DNA of 64,000 nucleotides, taken from positions 434,248,001 through 434,312,000 of the forward strand of contig NW_027362767.1 in assembly GCF_046119375.1 (NCBI RefSeq). Reading direction: 5' to 3'. Shown in pieces: positions 14,501-25,176 of this stretch; position 1 is the stretch's first letter, and every line of letters begins with the position of its first letter. This DNA is from Phyllobates terribilis. Taxonomy: Eukaryota. Position numbers and translations under genes: made by a program. Under the pieces are notes generated by a model, which saw nothing but the letters and a program-made list of their open reading frames with translations, did no database searches and was not told the origin of the DNA.

Positions 14501-17500
14501 ACAGTCACCTGCACAGCACCGCCGCCCCCAGACAGTCACCTGCACAGCACCGCCGCCCCCAGACAGTCACCTGCACAGCACCGCCGCCCCCAGACAGTCA
14601 CCTGCACAGCACCGCCGCCTCCACACAGTCACCTGCACAGCACCGCCGCCTCCACACAGTCACCTGCACAGCACCGCCGCCTCCACAGTCACCTGCACAG
14701 CACCGCCGCCTCCACAGTCACCTGCACAGCACTGCCGCCCCCACACAGTCACCTGCACAGCACCGCCACCCCCACAGTCACCTGCACAGCACCGCCGCCT
14801 CCAGTCACCTGCACAGCACCACCGCCTCCACAGTCACCTGCACAGCACCAAAGCCTCCACACAGTCACCTGCACAGCACCACCACCTCCACCCCCAGTCA
14901 CCTGCACAGCACCGCCGCCCCCCCACAGTCATCTGCACAGCACCGCCGCCCCCCCCACAGTCATCTGCACAGCACCGCCGCCCCCAGTCACCTGCACAGC
15001 ACCACCACCCCCAGACAGTCACCTGCACAGCACCGCCGCCCCCAGACAGTCACCTGCACAGCACCGCCGCCCCCAGACAGTCACCTGCACAGCACCGCCG
15101 CCCCCAGACAGTCACCTGCACAGCACCGCCACCCCCAGACAGTCACCTGCACAGCACCGCCGCCCCCAGACAGTCACCTGCACAGCACCGCCGCCCCCAG
15201 ACAGTCACCTGCACAGCACCGCCGCCTCCACACAGTCACCTGCACAGCACCGCCGCCTCCACACAGTCACCTGCACAGCACCGCCGCCTCCACAGTCACC
15301 TGCACAGCACCGCCGCCTCCACAGTCACCTGCACAGCACCACCGCCTCCACACAGTCACCTGCACAGCACCACCGCCTCCACACAGTCACCTGCACAGCA
15401 CCGCCGCCTCCACACAGTCACCTGCATAGCACCGCCGCCCCTACACAGTCACCTGCACAGCACCAAAGCCTCCACACAGTCACCTGCACAGCACCACCAC
15501 CTCCACAGTCACCTGCACAGCACCGCCGCCCCCCACACAGTTACCTGCACAGCACCACCGCCTCCACACAGTCACCTGCACAGCTCCACCGCCTCCACAG
15601 TCACCTGCACAGCACCGCCGCCTCCACACAGTCACCTGCACAGCACCGCCGCCTCCACACAGTCACCTGCACAGCACCGCCGCCTCCACACAGTCACCTG
15701 CACAGCACCGCCGCCCCCCACAGAGTCATCTGCACAGCACCACCGCCTCCACACAGTCACCTGCACAGCACCACCGCCCCCACACAGTCACCTGCACAGC
15801 ACCGCCGCCTCCACACAGTCACCTGCACAGCACCGCCGCCTCCACAGTCACCTGCACAGCACCGCCGCCTCCACAGTCACCTGCACAGCACCGCTGCCCC
15901 CACACAGTCACCTGCACAGCACCACCACCTCCACAGTCACCTGCACAGCACCACTACCTCCACAGTCACCTGCACAGCACCGCCGCCCCCACACAGTCAC
16001 CTGCACAGCACCGCCACCTCCACAGTCACCTGCACAGCACCACCGCCTCCACACAGTCACCTGCACAGCACCACCGCCTCCACACAGTCACCTGCACAGC
16101 ACCACCGCCCCCACACAGTCACCTGCACAGCACCACCGCCCCCACACAGTCACCTGCACAGCACCACCACCTGCACAGCACCAAAGCCTCCACACAGTCA
16201 CCTGCACAGCACCACCACCTCCACCCCCACAGTCACCTGCACAGCACCGCCGCCCCCCCCACAGTCATCTGCACAGCACCGCCGCCCCCACAGTCACCTG
16301 CACAGCACCGCCACCCCCAGACAGTCACCTGCACAGCACCGCCGCCCCCAGACAGTCACCTGCACAGCACCGCCGCCTCCAGTCACCTGCACAGCACCAC
16401 CGCCTCCACAGTCACCTGCACAGCACCAAAGCCTCCACACAGTCACCTGCACAGCACCACCACCTCCACCCCCAGTCACCTGCACAGCACCGCCGCCCCC
16501 CCCACAGTCATCTGCACAGCACCGCCGCCCCCCCCACAGTCATCTGCACAGCACCGCCGCCCCCAGTCACCTGCACAGCACCACCACCCCCAGACAGTCA
16601 CCTGCACAGCACCGCCGCCCCCAGACAGTCACCTGCACAGCACCGCCGCCCCCAGACAGTCACCTGCACAGCACCGCCGCCCCCAGACAGTCACCTGCAC
16701 AGCACCGCCGCCCCCAGACAGTCACCTGCACAGCACCGCCGCCCCCAGACAGTCACCTGCACAGCACCGCCGCCCCCAGACAGTCACCTGCACAGCACCG
16801 CCGCCTCCACACAGTCACCTGCACAGCACCGCCGCCTCCACACAGTCACCTGCACAGCACCGCCGCCTCCACAGTCACCTGCACAGCACCGCCGCCTCCA
16901 CAGTCACCTGCACAGCACTGCCGCCCCCACACAGTCACCTGCACAGCACCGCCACCCCCACAGTCACCTGCACAGCACCGCCGCCTCCAGTCACCTGCAC
17001 AGCACCACCGCCTCCACAGTCACCTGCACAGCACCAAAGCCTCCACACAGTCACCTGCACAGCACCACCACCTCCACCCCCAGTCACCTGCACAGCACCG
17101 CCGCCCCCCCACAGTCATCTGCACAGCACCGCCGCCCCCCCCACAGTCATCTGCACAGCACCGCCGCCCCCAGTCACCTGCACAGCACCACCACCCCCAG
17201 ACAGTCACCTGCACAGCACCGCCGCCCCCAGACAGTCACCTGCACAGCACCGCCGCCCCCAGACAGTCACCTGCACAGCACCGCCGCCCCCAGACAGTCA
17301 CCTGCACAGCACCGCCACCCCCAGACAGTCACCTGCACAGCACCGCCGCCCCCAGACAGTCACCTGCACAGCACCGCCGCCCCCAGACAGTCACCTGCAC
17401 AGCACCGCCGCCTCCACACAGTCACCTGCACAGCACCGCCGCCTCCACACAGTCACCTGCACAGCACCGCCGCCTCCACAGTCACCTGCACAGCACCGCC

Positions 17501-19289
17501 GCCTCCACAGTCACCTGCACAGCACTGCCGCCCCCACACAGTCACCTGCACAGCACCGCCACCCCCACAGTCACCTGCACAGCACCGCCACCCCCAGACA
17601 GTCACCTGCACAGCACCACCGCCCCCAGACAGTCACCTGCACAGCACCGCCGCCTCCACACAGTCACCTGCACAGCACCACCGCCTCCACAGTCACCTGC
17701 ACAGCACCAAAGCCTCCACACAGTCACCTGCACAGCACCACCACCTCCACCCCCACAGTCACCTGCACAGCACCGCCGCCCCCCCACAGTCATCTGCACA
17801 GCACCACCACGCCCAGACAGTCACCTGCACAGCACCGCCGCCCCCAGACAGTCACCTGCACAGCACCGCCGCCTCCACACAGTCACCTGCACAGCACCGC
17901 CGCCTCCACACAGTCACCTGCACAGCACCGCCGCCTCCACAGTCACCTGCACAGCACCGCCGCCCCCACACAGTCACCTGCACAGCACCGCCACCCCCAC
18001 ACAGTCACCTGCACAGCACCGCCGCCCCCACACAGTCGCCTGCACAGCACCACCATCGCCCCCACACAGTCGCCTGCACAGCACCACCATCGCCCCCAGA
18101 CAGTCACCTGCACAGCACCACCGCCCCCACATAGTCACCTGCACAGCACCGCCGCCCCCACACAGTCACATGCACAACACCACTGCCCCCACACAGCACT
18201 GCCGCCCCTACACAGCAAACACACAGATATATACACACGGCACAGCTAATACACAGATTATATACACACGGCACGTCTAATACACCGATATATACACACG
18301 GCACAGCTAATACACAGATATATACACACGGCACAGCTAATACACAGATATATACACACGGCACAGCTAATACACAGATTATATACACACGGCACAGCTA
18401 ATACACAGATATATACACACGGCACGTCTAATACACAGATATATACACACGGCACAGCCAATACACAGATATATACACACGGCACAGCTAATACACAGAT
18501 ATATACACACGGCACAGCCAATACACAGATATATACACACGGCACAGCTAATACACAGATATATACACACGGCACAGCCAATACACAGATATATACACAC
18601 GGCACAGCCAATACACAGATATATACACACGGCACAGCTAATACACAGATATATACACACGGCACGTCTAATACACAGATATATACACACGTCACGTCTA
18701 ATACACCGATATATACACACGGCACAGCTAATACACAGATATATACACACGGCACAGCTAATACACAGATTATATACACACGGCACAGCTAATACACAGA
18801 TATATACACACGGCACGTCTAATACACAGATATATACACACGGCACAGCCAATACACAGATATATACACACGGCACAGCCAATACACAGATATATACACA
18901 CGGCACAGCCAATACACAGATATATACACACGGCACAGCTAATACACAGATATATACACACGGCACAGCCAATACACAGATATATACACACGGCACAGCC
19001 AATACACAGATATATACACACGGCACAGCTAATACACAGATATATACACACGGCACAGCTTATACAGTCAGAGCACTACTGTAGTAGTGTGACGGCAACA
19101 CACTGACATGTGATGATCTGGGTGACAGTCACACGAGGACGCCGCGCTCCTCGCTCTCTATAGGATACACCCATATGCAGCCCCTACATAACAATGATGG
19201 AGGAGAGCCTGCACCTGCACTCACAGCGAGACACAATGATACAGCAGGCGACACTTACTGCAGTGTGTGAACGACAGGACGTGTCCCAT
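2509..19289 (-). CDS. RTN2: Reticulon-2, partial (last exons lie beyond the window start). Exons: 19289-19259, 12229-12179, 11862-11557, 9777-9700, 8400-8202, 3825-3687, 2809-2740, 2555-2509
   Basis: All introns are GT-AG with consistent phases. N-terminus [23 protein letters not shown] and EPTFSYI match the RTN2-A motifs [20 protein letters not shown] and ELTFSYI. Reticulon domain starts VADLLYW, with typical 139/70/47-nt exons. Syntenic with VASP and OPA3. Confidence 0.93.
2740..2809 (-). CDS. RTN2: RTN2 reticulon-domain exon ([23 protein letters not shown])
   Basis: 70 nt, CCGCAG acceptor, G|GTAAGA donor, conserved NGLTL. Confidence 0.93.
3030..3432. mobile_element. Degenerate T2/Kolobok-like MITE
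   Basis: Imperfect inverted termini AGGGAATCTATCACC / AGAGAATCGCCACC. Left flank TTAG resembles a TTAA target site. Confidence 0.45.
3687..3825 (-). CDS. RTN2: RTN2 reticulon-domain exon (KYLDMD...[15 protein letters not shown])
   Basis: 139 nt, CTCAG acceptor, AAG|GTAAAG donor. Confidence 0.93.
4110..6220. repeat. 23-bp minisatellite (ACAGCCCACTGACACTGCTCCAC), resuming at 7872-8145 after the Tc1 insertion
   Basis: Clear periodicity on both sides of the transposon. Confidence 0.95.
6222..7871 (+). mobile_element. Full-length Tc1/mariner DD34E transposon of IR/DR type, with inactivated transposase (6620-7643)
   Basis: About 211-bp terminal inverted repeats (6222-6432 and 7661-7871) with GGGCACCC direct repeats, TA on the left. 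[18 protein letters not shown] motifs. Two TAG stops near 7060-7072 and a frameshift in an A-run near 7131-7140. Confidence 0.95.
8202..8400 (-). CDS. RTN2: RTN2 reticulon-domain exon (VADLLYWRD...NPFQ)
   Basis: TCTCTCAG acceptor, CA|GTGAGT donor, first hydrophobic hairpin of the reticulon domain. Confidence 0.95.
8418..9095. repeat. 30-bp minisatellite (AGCGAGGTAAGCGTCAGCACCGGCGCAGAG), about 22 copies
   Basis: Near-perfect units abutting the RTN2 exon acceptor. Confidence 0.95.
9700..9777 (-). CDS. RTN2: RTN2 exon 4 (DAGRRDSH...DTMRKA)
   Basis: Strong pyrimidine tract ending CCTCACAG, donor G|GTGAGT, phase 1-1. DTMRKA|VADLL parallels human ADMGSK|VADLL. Confidence 0.75.
10405..11510. repeat. 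86-bp tandem repeat (TACTCCAGAGCTGCACTCACTATTCTGC...)
   Basis: Identical ORFs recur at 86-nt offsets. Related degenerate reverse copies near 37100-37230. Confidence 0.93.
11557..11862 (-). CDS. RTN2: RTN2 exon 3 (includes EPTFSYIT)
   Basis: TGTTGTAG acceptor, G|GTGAGA donor, 306 nt open frame, TFSYI motif. Confidence 0.82.
11943..12027. repeat. Short palindromic dispersed element (AACCAATCACAG..GCAGCTTTCAT), copy 1
   Basis: About 35-bp imperfect inverted arms. Related copies at 40122-40211 and 40390-40465, half-copy near 26242-26268. Confidence 0.7.
12179..12229 (-). CDS. RTN2: RTN2 exon 2 ([17 protein letters not shown])
   Basis: TTCTCCTGCAG acceptor, G|GTAAAG donor, conserved [11 protein letters not shown]. 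Confidence 0.9.
12310..18220. repeat. 29-31-bp C-rich minisatellite (CACAGTCACCTGCACAGCACCGCCGCCTC), about 5.9 kb
   Basis: Clear periodicity plus a 2186-bp higher-order duplication. Confidence 0.95.
18225..19060. repeat. 30-bp minisatellite (GATATATACACACGGCACAGCTAATACACA)
   Basis: Clear periodicity. Confidence 0.95.
19259..19289 (-). CDS. RTN2: RTN2 coding exon 1 ([10 protein letters not shown])
   Basis: ATG at 19289, donor A|GTAAGT, phase 1. Confidence 0.88.
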
Positions 19290-19534
19290 ATCCGCTGTCT
19301 GCCGGTGACACCCATACAGACCCACAAGCGCGCACCCCACAGCGTGTTCTCTCCCTGCCTAGCATCTCATTGTGGAGCAACCTGACACACACAACTCACA
19401 AACACAGGGAGGGGCGAGCGCAGCAGACAAAGGCCTGAGAGGGGGCAGGAAATGACTACTGCACACAGCCATTCATGGACCAACAGCAAAAGAGACAAGG
19501 GACCGCTCCACCCCACAATCCTGTCATCAGATGA

Positions 19535-20210
19535 CTCCACACCGCTATACTACAATCATACGTCTCCACACCGCTATACTACAATCATACGTCTCCACAC
19601 CGCTATACCACAATCATACGTCTCCACACCGCTATACCACAATCATACGTCTCCACACCGCTATACCACAATCATACGTCTCCACACCGCTATACCACAA
19701 TCATACGTCTCCACACCGCTATACCACAATCATACGTCTCCACACCGCTATACCACAATCATACGTCTCCACACCGCTATACTACAATCATACGTCTCCG
19801 CACCGCTATACCGCAATCATACGTCTCCGCACCGCTATACCGCAATCATACGTCTCCGCACCGCTATACCGCAATCATACGTCTCCGCACCGCTATACCG
19901 CAATCATACGTCTCCGCACCGCTATACTGCAATCACGTCTCCACACTGCTATACTGCAATCATACATCTCCACACCGCTATACTACAATCATACATCTCC
20001 ACACCGCTATACTACAATCATACGTCTCCGCACCGCTATACTGCAATCATACGTCTCCGCACCGCTATACTGCAATCACGTCTCCACACTGCTATACTGC
20101 AATCATACATCTCCACACCGCTATACTACAATCATACATCTCCACACCGCTATACTACAATCATAGATCTCCACACCGTTATACTACAATCATAGATCTC
20201 CACACCATTA
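19535..20210. repeat. 29-bp minisatellite (CTCCACACCGCTATACCACAATCATACGT)
   Basis: Clear periodicity, between the RTN2 and SLC3-like 5' ends. Confidence 0.93.
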
Positions 20211-21166
20211 TGGATCTATACTATGCAGTGTTGACGGCCTGTGTGTAGCACCATATACTGCTCTGTACTGTGTGCGGCACTATCCTCCTATATTACCTCT
20301 GTAATATGGCATCCGATGTAGCAGCCATTATTTCTGCGGTTTCCCCATAGTCGTGGTCGCCGTGTTACTGGTGTGAATACGACTTGTGGATATGAACCCA
20401 CGTTGTGACATAAAGTGGCCACAGCCTGCCCAAACATACAATGCATATTTATGCGATCTCCATGTGCGGATGTGTTCACATGTGGTGGTTTTATCACCAT
20501 GATCACAAAGCAGCTTTCCAATGATTTTACCCAAAAAAAAACAAAACATGAAATCACAAGAAAATTAGTAATAAATCATGAAGACCAGATCCAGTGCGAC
20601 GAGGATGATGAGGGTGATTTTGAATAACTTTGCGCCCCTTTGATCAGGATCCGTCAGACCGTGGTGACTATGAAACGGATGGTGAGCTGACATGATTACC
20701 ACACGTCTCCATGGAAACCACAGGAATCCATTATGTAGAGCCTCCCCCGCCCAGTCCAGGTGATCAACACCGCAGCTTCACCTGAGCCCACATTTAACCC
20801 TCGCTGCGCCCTGGATGTCGGGATCATGACCTCTGCGTGTCAGGAGGTGACAGTGGTCAGTGAAGACTGGAAAACTGCTCAACTAGCCATTACCCAATGA
20901 GGCGGCCACCATTTTTGTTTATATGTGGTTTAGCAGGTCTGACTGCTCCGGTACCTGGTTTTGTAGATTGTGTGTATAATTTTGTGTTTTTTGTTTGTAC
21001 CGTGATTGTGCAGACGGTGGTCGGTTGCCCGGACCCCGTTGTCTCCTCGGGTGGGGCGACGATGGTGGATGTAGAATGTGACACTCCTCTTCACACCTGG
21101 CAGTGATTTTCTGGTCAGCAAATACCGAAGTATAAGATCTGCAGGAGGAGACGCCGCCGGGGAGAC

Positions 21167-21377
21167 ATGGAGTCCCAACCGCTCCTCCGGCCTGAGCAGG
21201 ACACCCGCTTCTGGGTGTGTGTACGTCGGGGGCTGCTGGTCCTTTTCTGGATATTACTTGCTGCACTCCTTATTTCTGCCATCATCATTCTCTCCGAGGC
21301 GTATGTGCCGCCTCCACCAAGCGCGTGGCACCAACGTCGAGTGATCTGCCGCATCGCAGGACTGACGCCGCAGACCG
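21167..21377 (+). CDS. SLC3-like exon 1: short cytoplasmic tail and transmembrane helix
   Basis: Kozak GACATGG, hydrophobic segment at about L23-L42, donor G|GTGAGT. Confidence 0.85.
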
Positions 21378-24300
21378 GTGAGTTATATGTGGGGGGGCCC
21401 CCACCCCAACTGCCATGGCGGATGTATCCAAATGGCAGAGGGAATGGCCGTGATGTTAGGTTTGTGATTCTCTCTGGGTGACTTGAAACTACAACTACCA
21501 GCATGAGGAGAAGAGCGTGCGTTACGTGGGGGCGCCGTGCCACACGTCCTCTCTATACATCTCTTGCCCCCCATGTCTTACAGATGTGACACACAGAATA
21601 CGAGAGGCGTCGGCCCTGGGATGTGGGGGTCTCGTCCTCACCCAGGAGGAGGTGACTAACGGGAGTGTGAGAGGTCAGATGAGTGAGGGGCAGAGATACG
21701 GTAAGTGGCTGTCGTGGTCTGAATGGCCGCGCTGAGTAACGAGTTTGAGTCCTGATCACCTCTGTGGGCTTCACGTTCCCAGGTGTCCGCATCATCCTGG
21801 AGGTCCAGATACTGGAGGAATACGACGGCCGTCAAGTCCAGAGACTGAAGGTGATGATGTCATAGTCTATGGGAGATATTTATACATGAGATTGTGAGGA
21901 GAGATGTAAGATTCTATTCACACTCGTTTTTGTTTTTTTTTGGAAACTGGAAAATCCACAACACAAAATCTGTGTGTGTGAACATCGCCCTAAAATTAAT
22001 TCCCATGCCAAGTATGTTTTTTGTGCTCAACAAAATACAGCATTTTACAGTTCCAATAATGTATGGGATTTATAGAAATCTCCTGCCTGCTGGGCCTTTT
22101 TTTTTTTTTTGCATGTCTAACATTTATTTCCCTATGCGAATGTTCCCCATAAACTTGAATGAGGTGGGGTGGGGGTGGGGGTGGGGGGTTGTACATGTAA
22201 TCTGCATATGACTTTATCCATAAAGTTTTATCACCGCTAAGTAACGGGGAAGTTTCCAGCATGAAGCCGTTTTATTTACAGCCTGACCACAAGGAGGAGA
22301 AAAAAAAAAAAAAATGTGATTTTTGTCAACACAATTAACCTAATTTTTGTAATTGGTGCAGAAAATCTTCAGCATCGAAAAACTCATTGTGGGAACTCGG
22401 CCAAAAGCTTTGCACCAGAGGGTAATGGTCTGCAGGCTCCACATTGCTGGGGAGTCGCCTGTAGAGCGGCGCTGTAGTCTATGATCTAACAGCTCAGCGT
22501 CAGGCAGCTGCTCGCCACTCTCATTAGGGGCTCAGGTGCAGAAATCTCCAGGACTTCTATACACTTCTTCTAGACCACCGCTCCATTCAGACAGGAAACC
22601 CGGACCGCCCCATTCTTGTGATCAATGGGGGTCCCAGCGGTGTAACCCTCTCCTCCCCACTATCCTGTTGTGATTGTGTCACAAACCCTGGACTTGTGGG
22701 ACCGGGATGTAATATTAGCACTTTATAACGGAGTGGGGAATGTACAAAGAATAATCAAACTGAGGAAGCGGCTGGAGACGAGATAATCGGGGAATTACAT
22801 GGATTTAGCGTTAAGAAGAGGCGTCTGAGGAGAGAAGACCAACCTGAGCCAGTATAGAAATGACCCATACAATAAATACGGTGAAAATCTGGCTGCTAAG
22901 TAGACAAGAGCGCCCCCTCCTGTTGGAAGAATGAAGGTTCTGTTTCCAGAAATGAACAGGATTCTTTACTGTAAGAGCAGACAAGCTGTGGAGAAAGGGG
23001 AGGACAGGATTGTTCATTGATTGACTCTGGTGTGGATGTAAAGCCCTTCATTCCTTCAGTAGGAGGGGGGCGCTCTTCTATCTCACACATTCCCACCCCA
23101 GTTTCTCAATTAGCCATCTTGTCCTTGCTCCACAGCTTGTCTGCTCTTACAGTAAAGAATCCTGTTCATTTCTTCAGTAGCAGCTCTTGCGTGTTAGTGT
23201 TCAGTAATGATCAGTCGTCTTTACTGAAGCTGTAGGTGGGTAACATATTGAAAGAAGGAGAGGAGTCTCAAAGAAACTGACAATGTGTAGAACAGGTTCA
23301 GTCTGCCAAGATGGGCAGGCTTTTTTACTGTAAGAGCGGTAACTCTAAGGCTATTTATTACTACCTCAGCAGTTATTAAAGGGGGCTGGGGGGTGGGGTT
23401 GTCATCGGCTGCAAATTTCACTGCCCCCTCCAGTGGCCCACCCACACAAACTCCAGGGCTGTATCCCCTCATTTTTAGTAACTTGAGCCCATCTTGTGCA
23501 GGACTCTGCCCGGAGCTGGATGGAAGATGGAGCATCTGGGTTCCAGCTTTTAGGTGACAAGAAAACAACTGTAATGATGGTGAGAGGGGAAATGAGGTGC
23601 TGTCAGCACTGGTACCTGGGGGCGGGGCTGACAATCTCTGTGATGACATCAACAGGGGGTGGGGCTGACAAGCTCTGTGATGTCATCACCAGGGGGGCAG
23701 GGCTGTGACTGTCTGATCTGATGTCAATCACTCTATGATCCTTGTTCGGGGGACAGTTTGGATACTTGTGCTATAGTCAGTGACTACGATACGTCTTGAT
23801 TTTTGGCAGATATCTCAGATCCTCCTGAATGAAGTAGAAATCGCCAGCGGGGAGGAAAGGTGACAACCGAGTAATCACACAGTGACGTATCCTCACAAAA
23901 GAAAATGCTCTAACAAAACTCTATAATTAGGCTAATCCTGCTTCCTAATTGGCTGTGTGACGACGAGGATACATCCAAAAATAAGTCCCAACTTCTGCGC
24001 ACCTGTCCTCTGCCCGACTGGAACCTGCAAAAGTTCCCTACGGGGTCAGAAATGAAGGACATGGCCTGGGAGGTGAGTGGTCGACAGCGGGAGAGGGGAA
24101 GGGCACTTCATAAAGTAACCTCTTATTTTCTGCAGGTGACGTCTGATGACATTGATTCTCTGGAGTTGAGACAGTTCCTGGCTGTAACCCTACCCGGAAC
24201 CGTCATACTGTCCCTGAACCAGGTGTGTCACCCCGGGGTCACATAATGCAGCAAAAGGGTCCGCTCACCTGATAAGGGTAACACATACTGAGAAATGTAT

Positions 24301-25176
24301 CACACATGGCTGAGAAAGCGTATCATAGCAGGTACAACACTGTCACTGTACATAGGGGTAGTATTATAGTAGTTATATTCTTATACATATGGGCAGTATT
24401 ATAGTAGTTATATTCTTGTACATAGGGGCAGTATTATAGTAGTTATATTCTTGTACATAGGGGGCAGTATTATAGCAGTTATATTCTTGTACATAGGGGG
24501 CAGTATTATAGCAGTTATATTCTTGTACATAGGAGCAGTATTATAGTAGTTATATTCTTGTACATAGGGGGCAGTATTATAGCAGTTATATTCTTGTACA
24601 TAGGGGGCAGTATTATAGCAGTTATATTCTTGTACATAGTGGCAGTATTATAGCAGTTATATTCTTGTACATAGGGGGCAGTATTATAGTAGTTATATTC
24701 TTGTACATAGGGGGCAGTATTATAGTAGTTATATTCTTGTACATAGGGGGCAGTATTATAATATACACTGATTAGGTATTTTTGCATACTGATGACTTTC
24801 TGAGGATCTGTCTGTTCCCATCCCCCAGTTGATGTCTTTATCCTCGTTGTCTCCACAGTCCGTCTCGCCGCCCTTCTGGCTCCGCTCTCTTCTCCACCTG
24901 CGATACCAGAACCCCGCGCTCTACACTGGTCGGCTGCAGCTTTTATCTAATGGCTCCTCTTACAGCGCTTTATCCTCCTGGGCCTGTTCCACGCTTCTAG
25001 TCCTTATTGGTCATTCTGATCAATCGCACAACGTGTCACTGCATTTTCCCAATTTCTCAAATGCTGTTCGATTATTGTTGAGTACCAAACTGGAGCGCAA
25101 CAGAGGTCAGCTGCTCCAGGACAGCGTTCAGCTGGTGCCAGGTGAAGCTCAGCTCATCCGCCTCATACCAGAATGA
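21167..25176 (+). CDS. Divergent SLC3-family heavy-chain-like (4F2hc/rBAT-like) type II membrane glycoprotein, about 353 aa. Exons: 21167-21377, 21584-21700, 21783-21850, 23502-23570 (or 23579), 23810-23859, 23931-24072, 24136-24222, 24859-25176
   Basis: Eight exons with canonical splice sites join into one open frame. FWVCVRRGLLVLFW plus a transmembrane segment resembles 4F2hc WVRTRWALLLLFW. Other matches: ALGCGGLVL vs SLKVKGLVL, GVRIILEV vs SIRVILDL, SWMEDGASGFQL vs FWLQAGVDGFQV, QFLAVTLPGTVI vs QLMLFTLPGTPV, LLLSTKLER vs LLLSTQPGR. Comparison is from memory of human SLC3A2. Confidence 0.85.
21584..21700 (+). CDS. SLC3-like exon 2 (DVTHRIREASALGCGGLVL...QRY)
   Basis: TCTTACAG acceptor, G|GTAAGT donor, phase 1-1. 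Confidence 0.85.
21783..21850 (+). CDS. SLC3-like exon 3 (GVRIILEV...QRLK)
   Basis: TTCCCAG acceptor, AAG|GTGATG donor, GH13 beta-3-like motif. Confidence 0.82.
22705..22915 (+). mobile_element. Degenerate CR1-like LINE 3' fragment
   Basis: Piecewise translation DVILALY...VQRIIKL and LHGFSVKKRRLRRE resembles the CR1 ORF2 C-terminal LFSLEKRRLRGD. Confidence 0.4.
22948..23173. repeat. Perfect 46-bp inverted repeat with 134-nt spacer (MITE-like)
   Basis: 22948-22993 is the exact reverse complement of 23128-23173. Confidence 0.85.
23502..23570 (+). CDS. SLC3-like exon 4 (DSARSWMEDGASGFQLLGDKKTT)
   Basis: TTGTGCAG acceptor. 69 nt, the same length I recall for the 4F2hc DALEFW exon. An alternative in-frame donor ATG|GTGAGA follows 23579. 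Confidence 0.78.
23810..23859 (+). CDS. SLC3-like exon 5 (ISQILLNEVEIASGEER)
   Basis: TTTTGGCAG acceptor, AG|GTGACA donor, phase 0-2. Confidence 0.72.
23931..24072 (+). CDS. SLC3-like exon 6 (RLILLPNW...DMAWE)
   Basis: ATTAG acceptor, GAG|GTGAGT donor, phase 2-0. R|LIL parallels 4F2hc R|LLI. Confidence 0.78.
24136..24222 (+). CDS. SLC3-like exon 7 (VTSDD...TLPGTVILSLNQ)
   Basis: TTTTCTGCAG acceptor, CAG|GTGTGT donor, TLPGT motif. Confidence 0.85.
24345..24760. repeat. About 36-bp minisatellite (GTACATAGGGGGCAGTATTATAGTAGTTATATTCTT)
   Basis: Clear periodicity in the last intron of the SLC3-like gene. Confidence 0.93.
24859..25176 (+). CDS. SLC3-like terminal exon (C-domain, 105 aa plus stop)
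   Basis: CTCCACAG acceptor, TGA at 25174-25176, ATTAAA at 25215-25220. Confidence 0.85.
   Translation, partial: SVSPPFWLRSLLHLRYQNPALYTGRLQLLSNGSSYSALSSWACSTLLVLIGHSDQSHNVSLHFPNFSNAVRLLLSTKLERNRGQLLQDSVQLVPGEAQLIRLIPE

Noticed and set aside
20415-20890. Short ORFs and splice-like signals upstream of the SLC3-like ATG
   Set aside because: No frame-compatible link to exon 1 and no recognisable PP2C or other homology.
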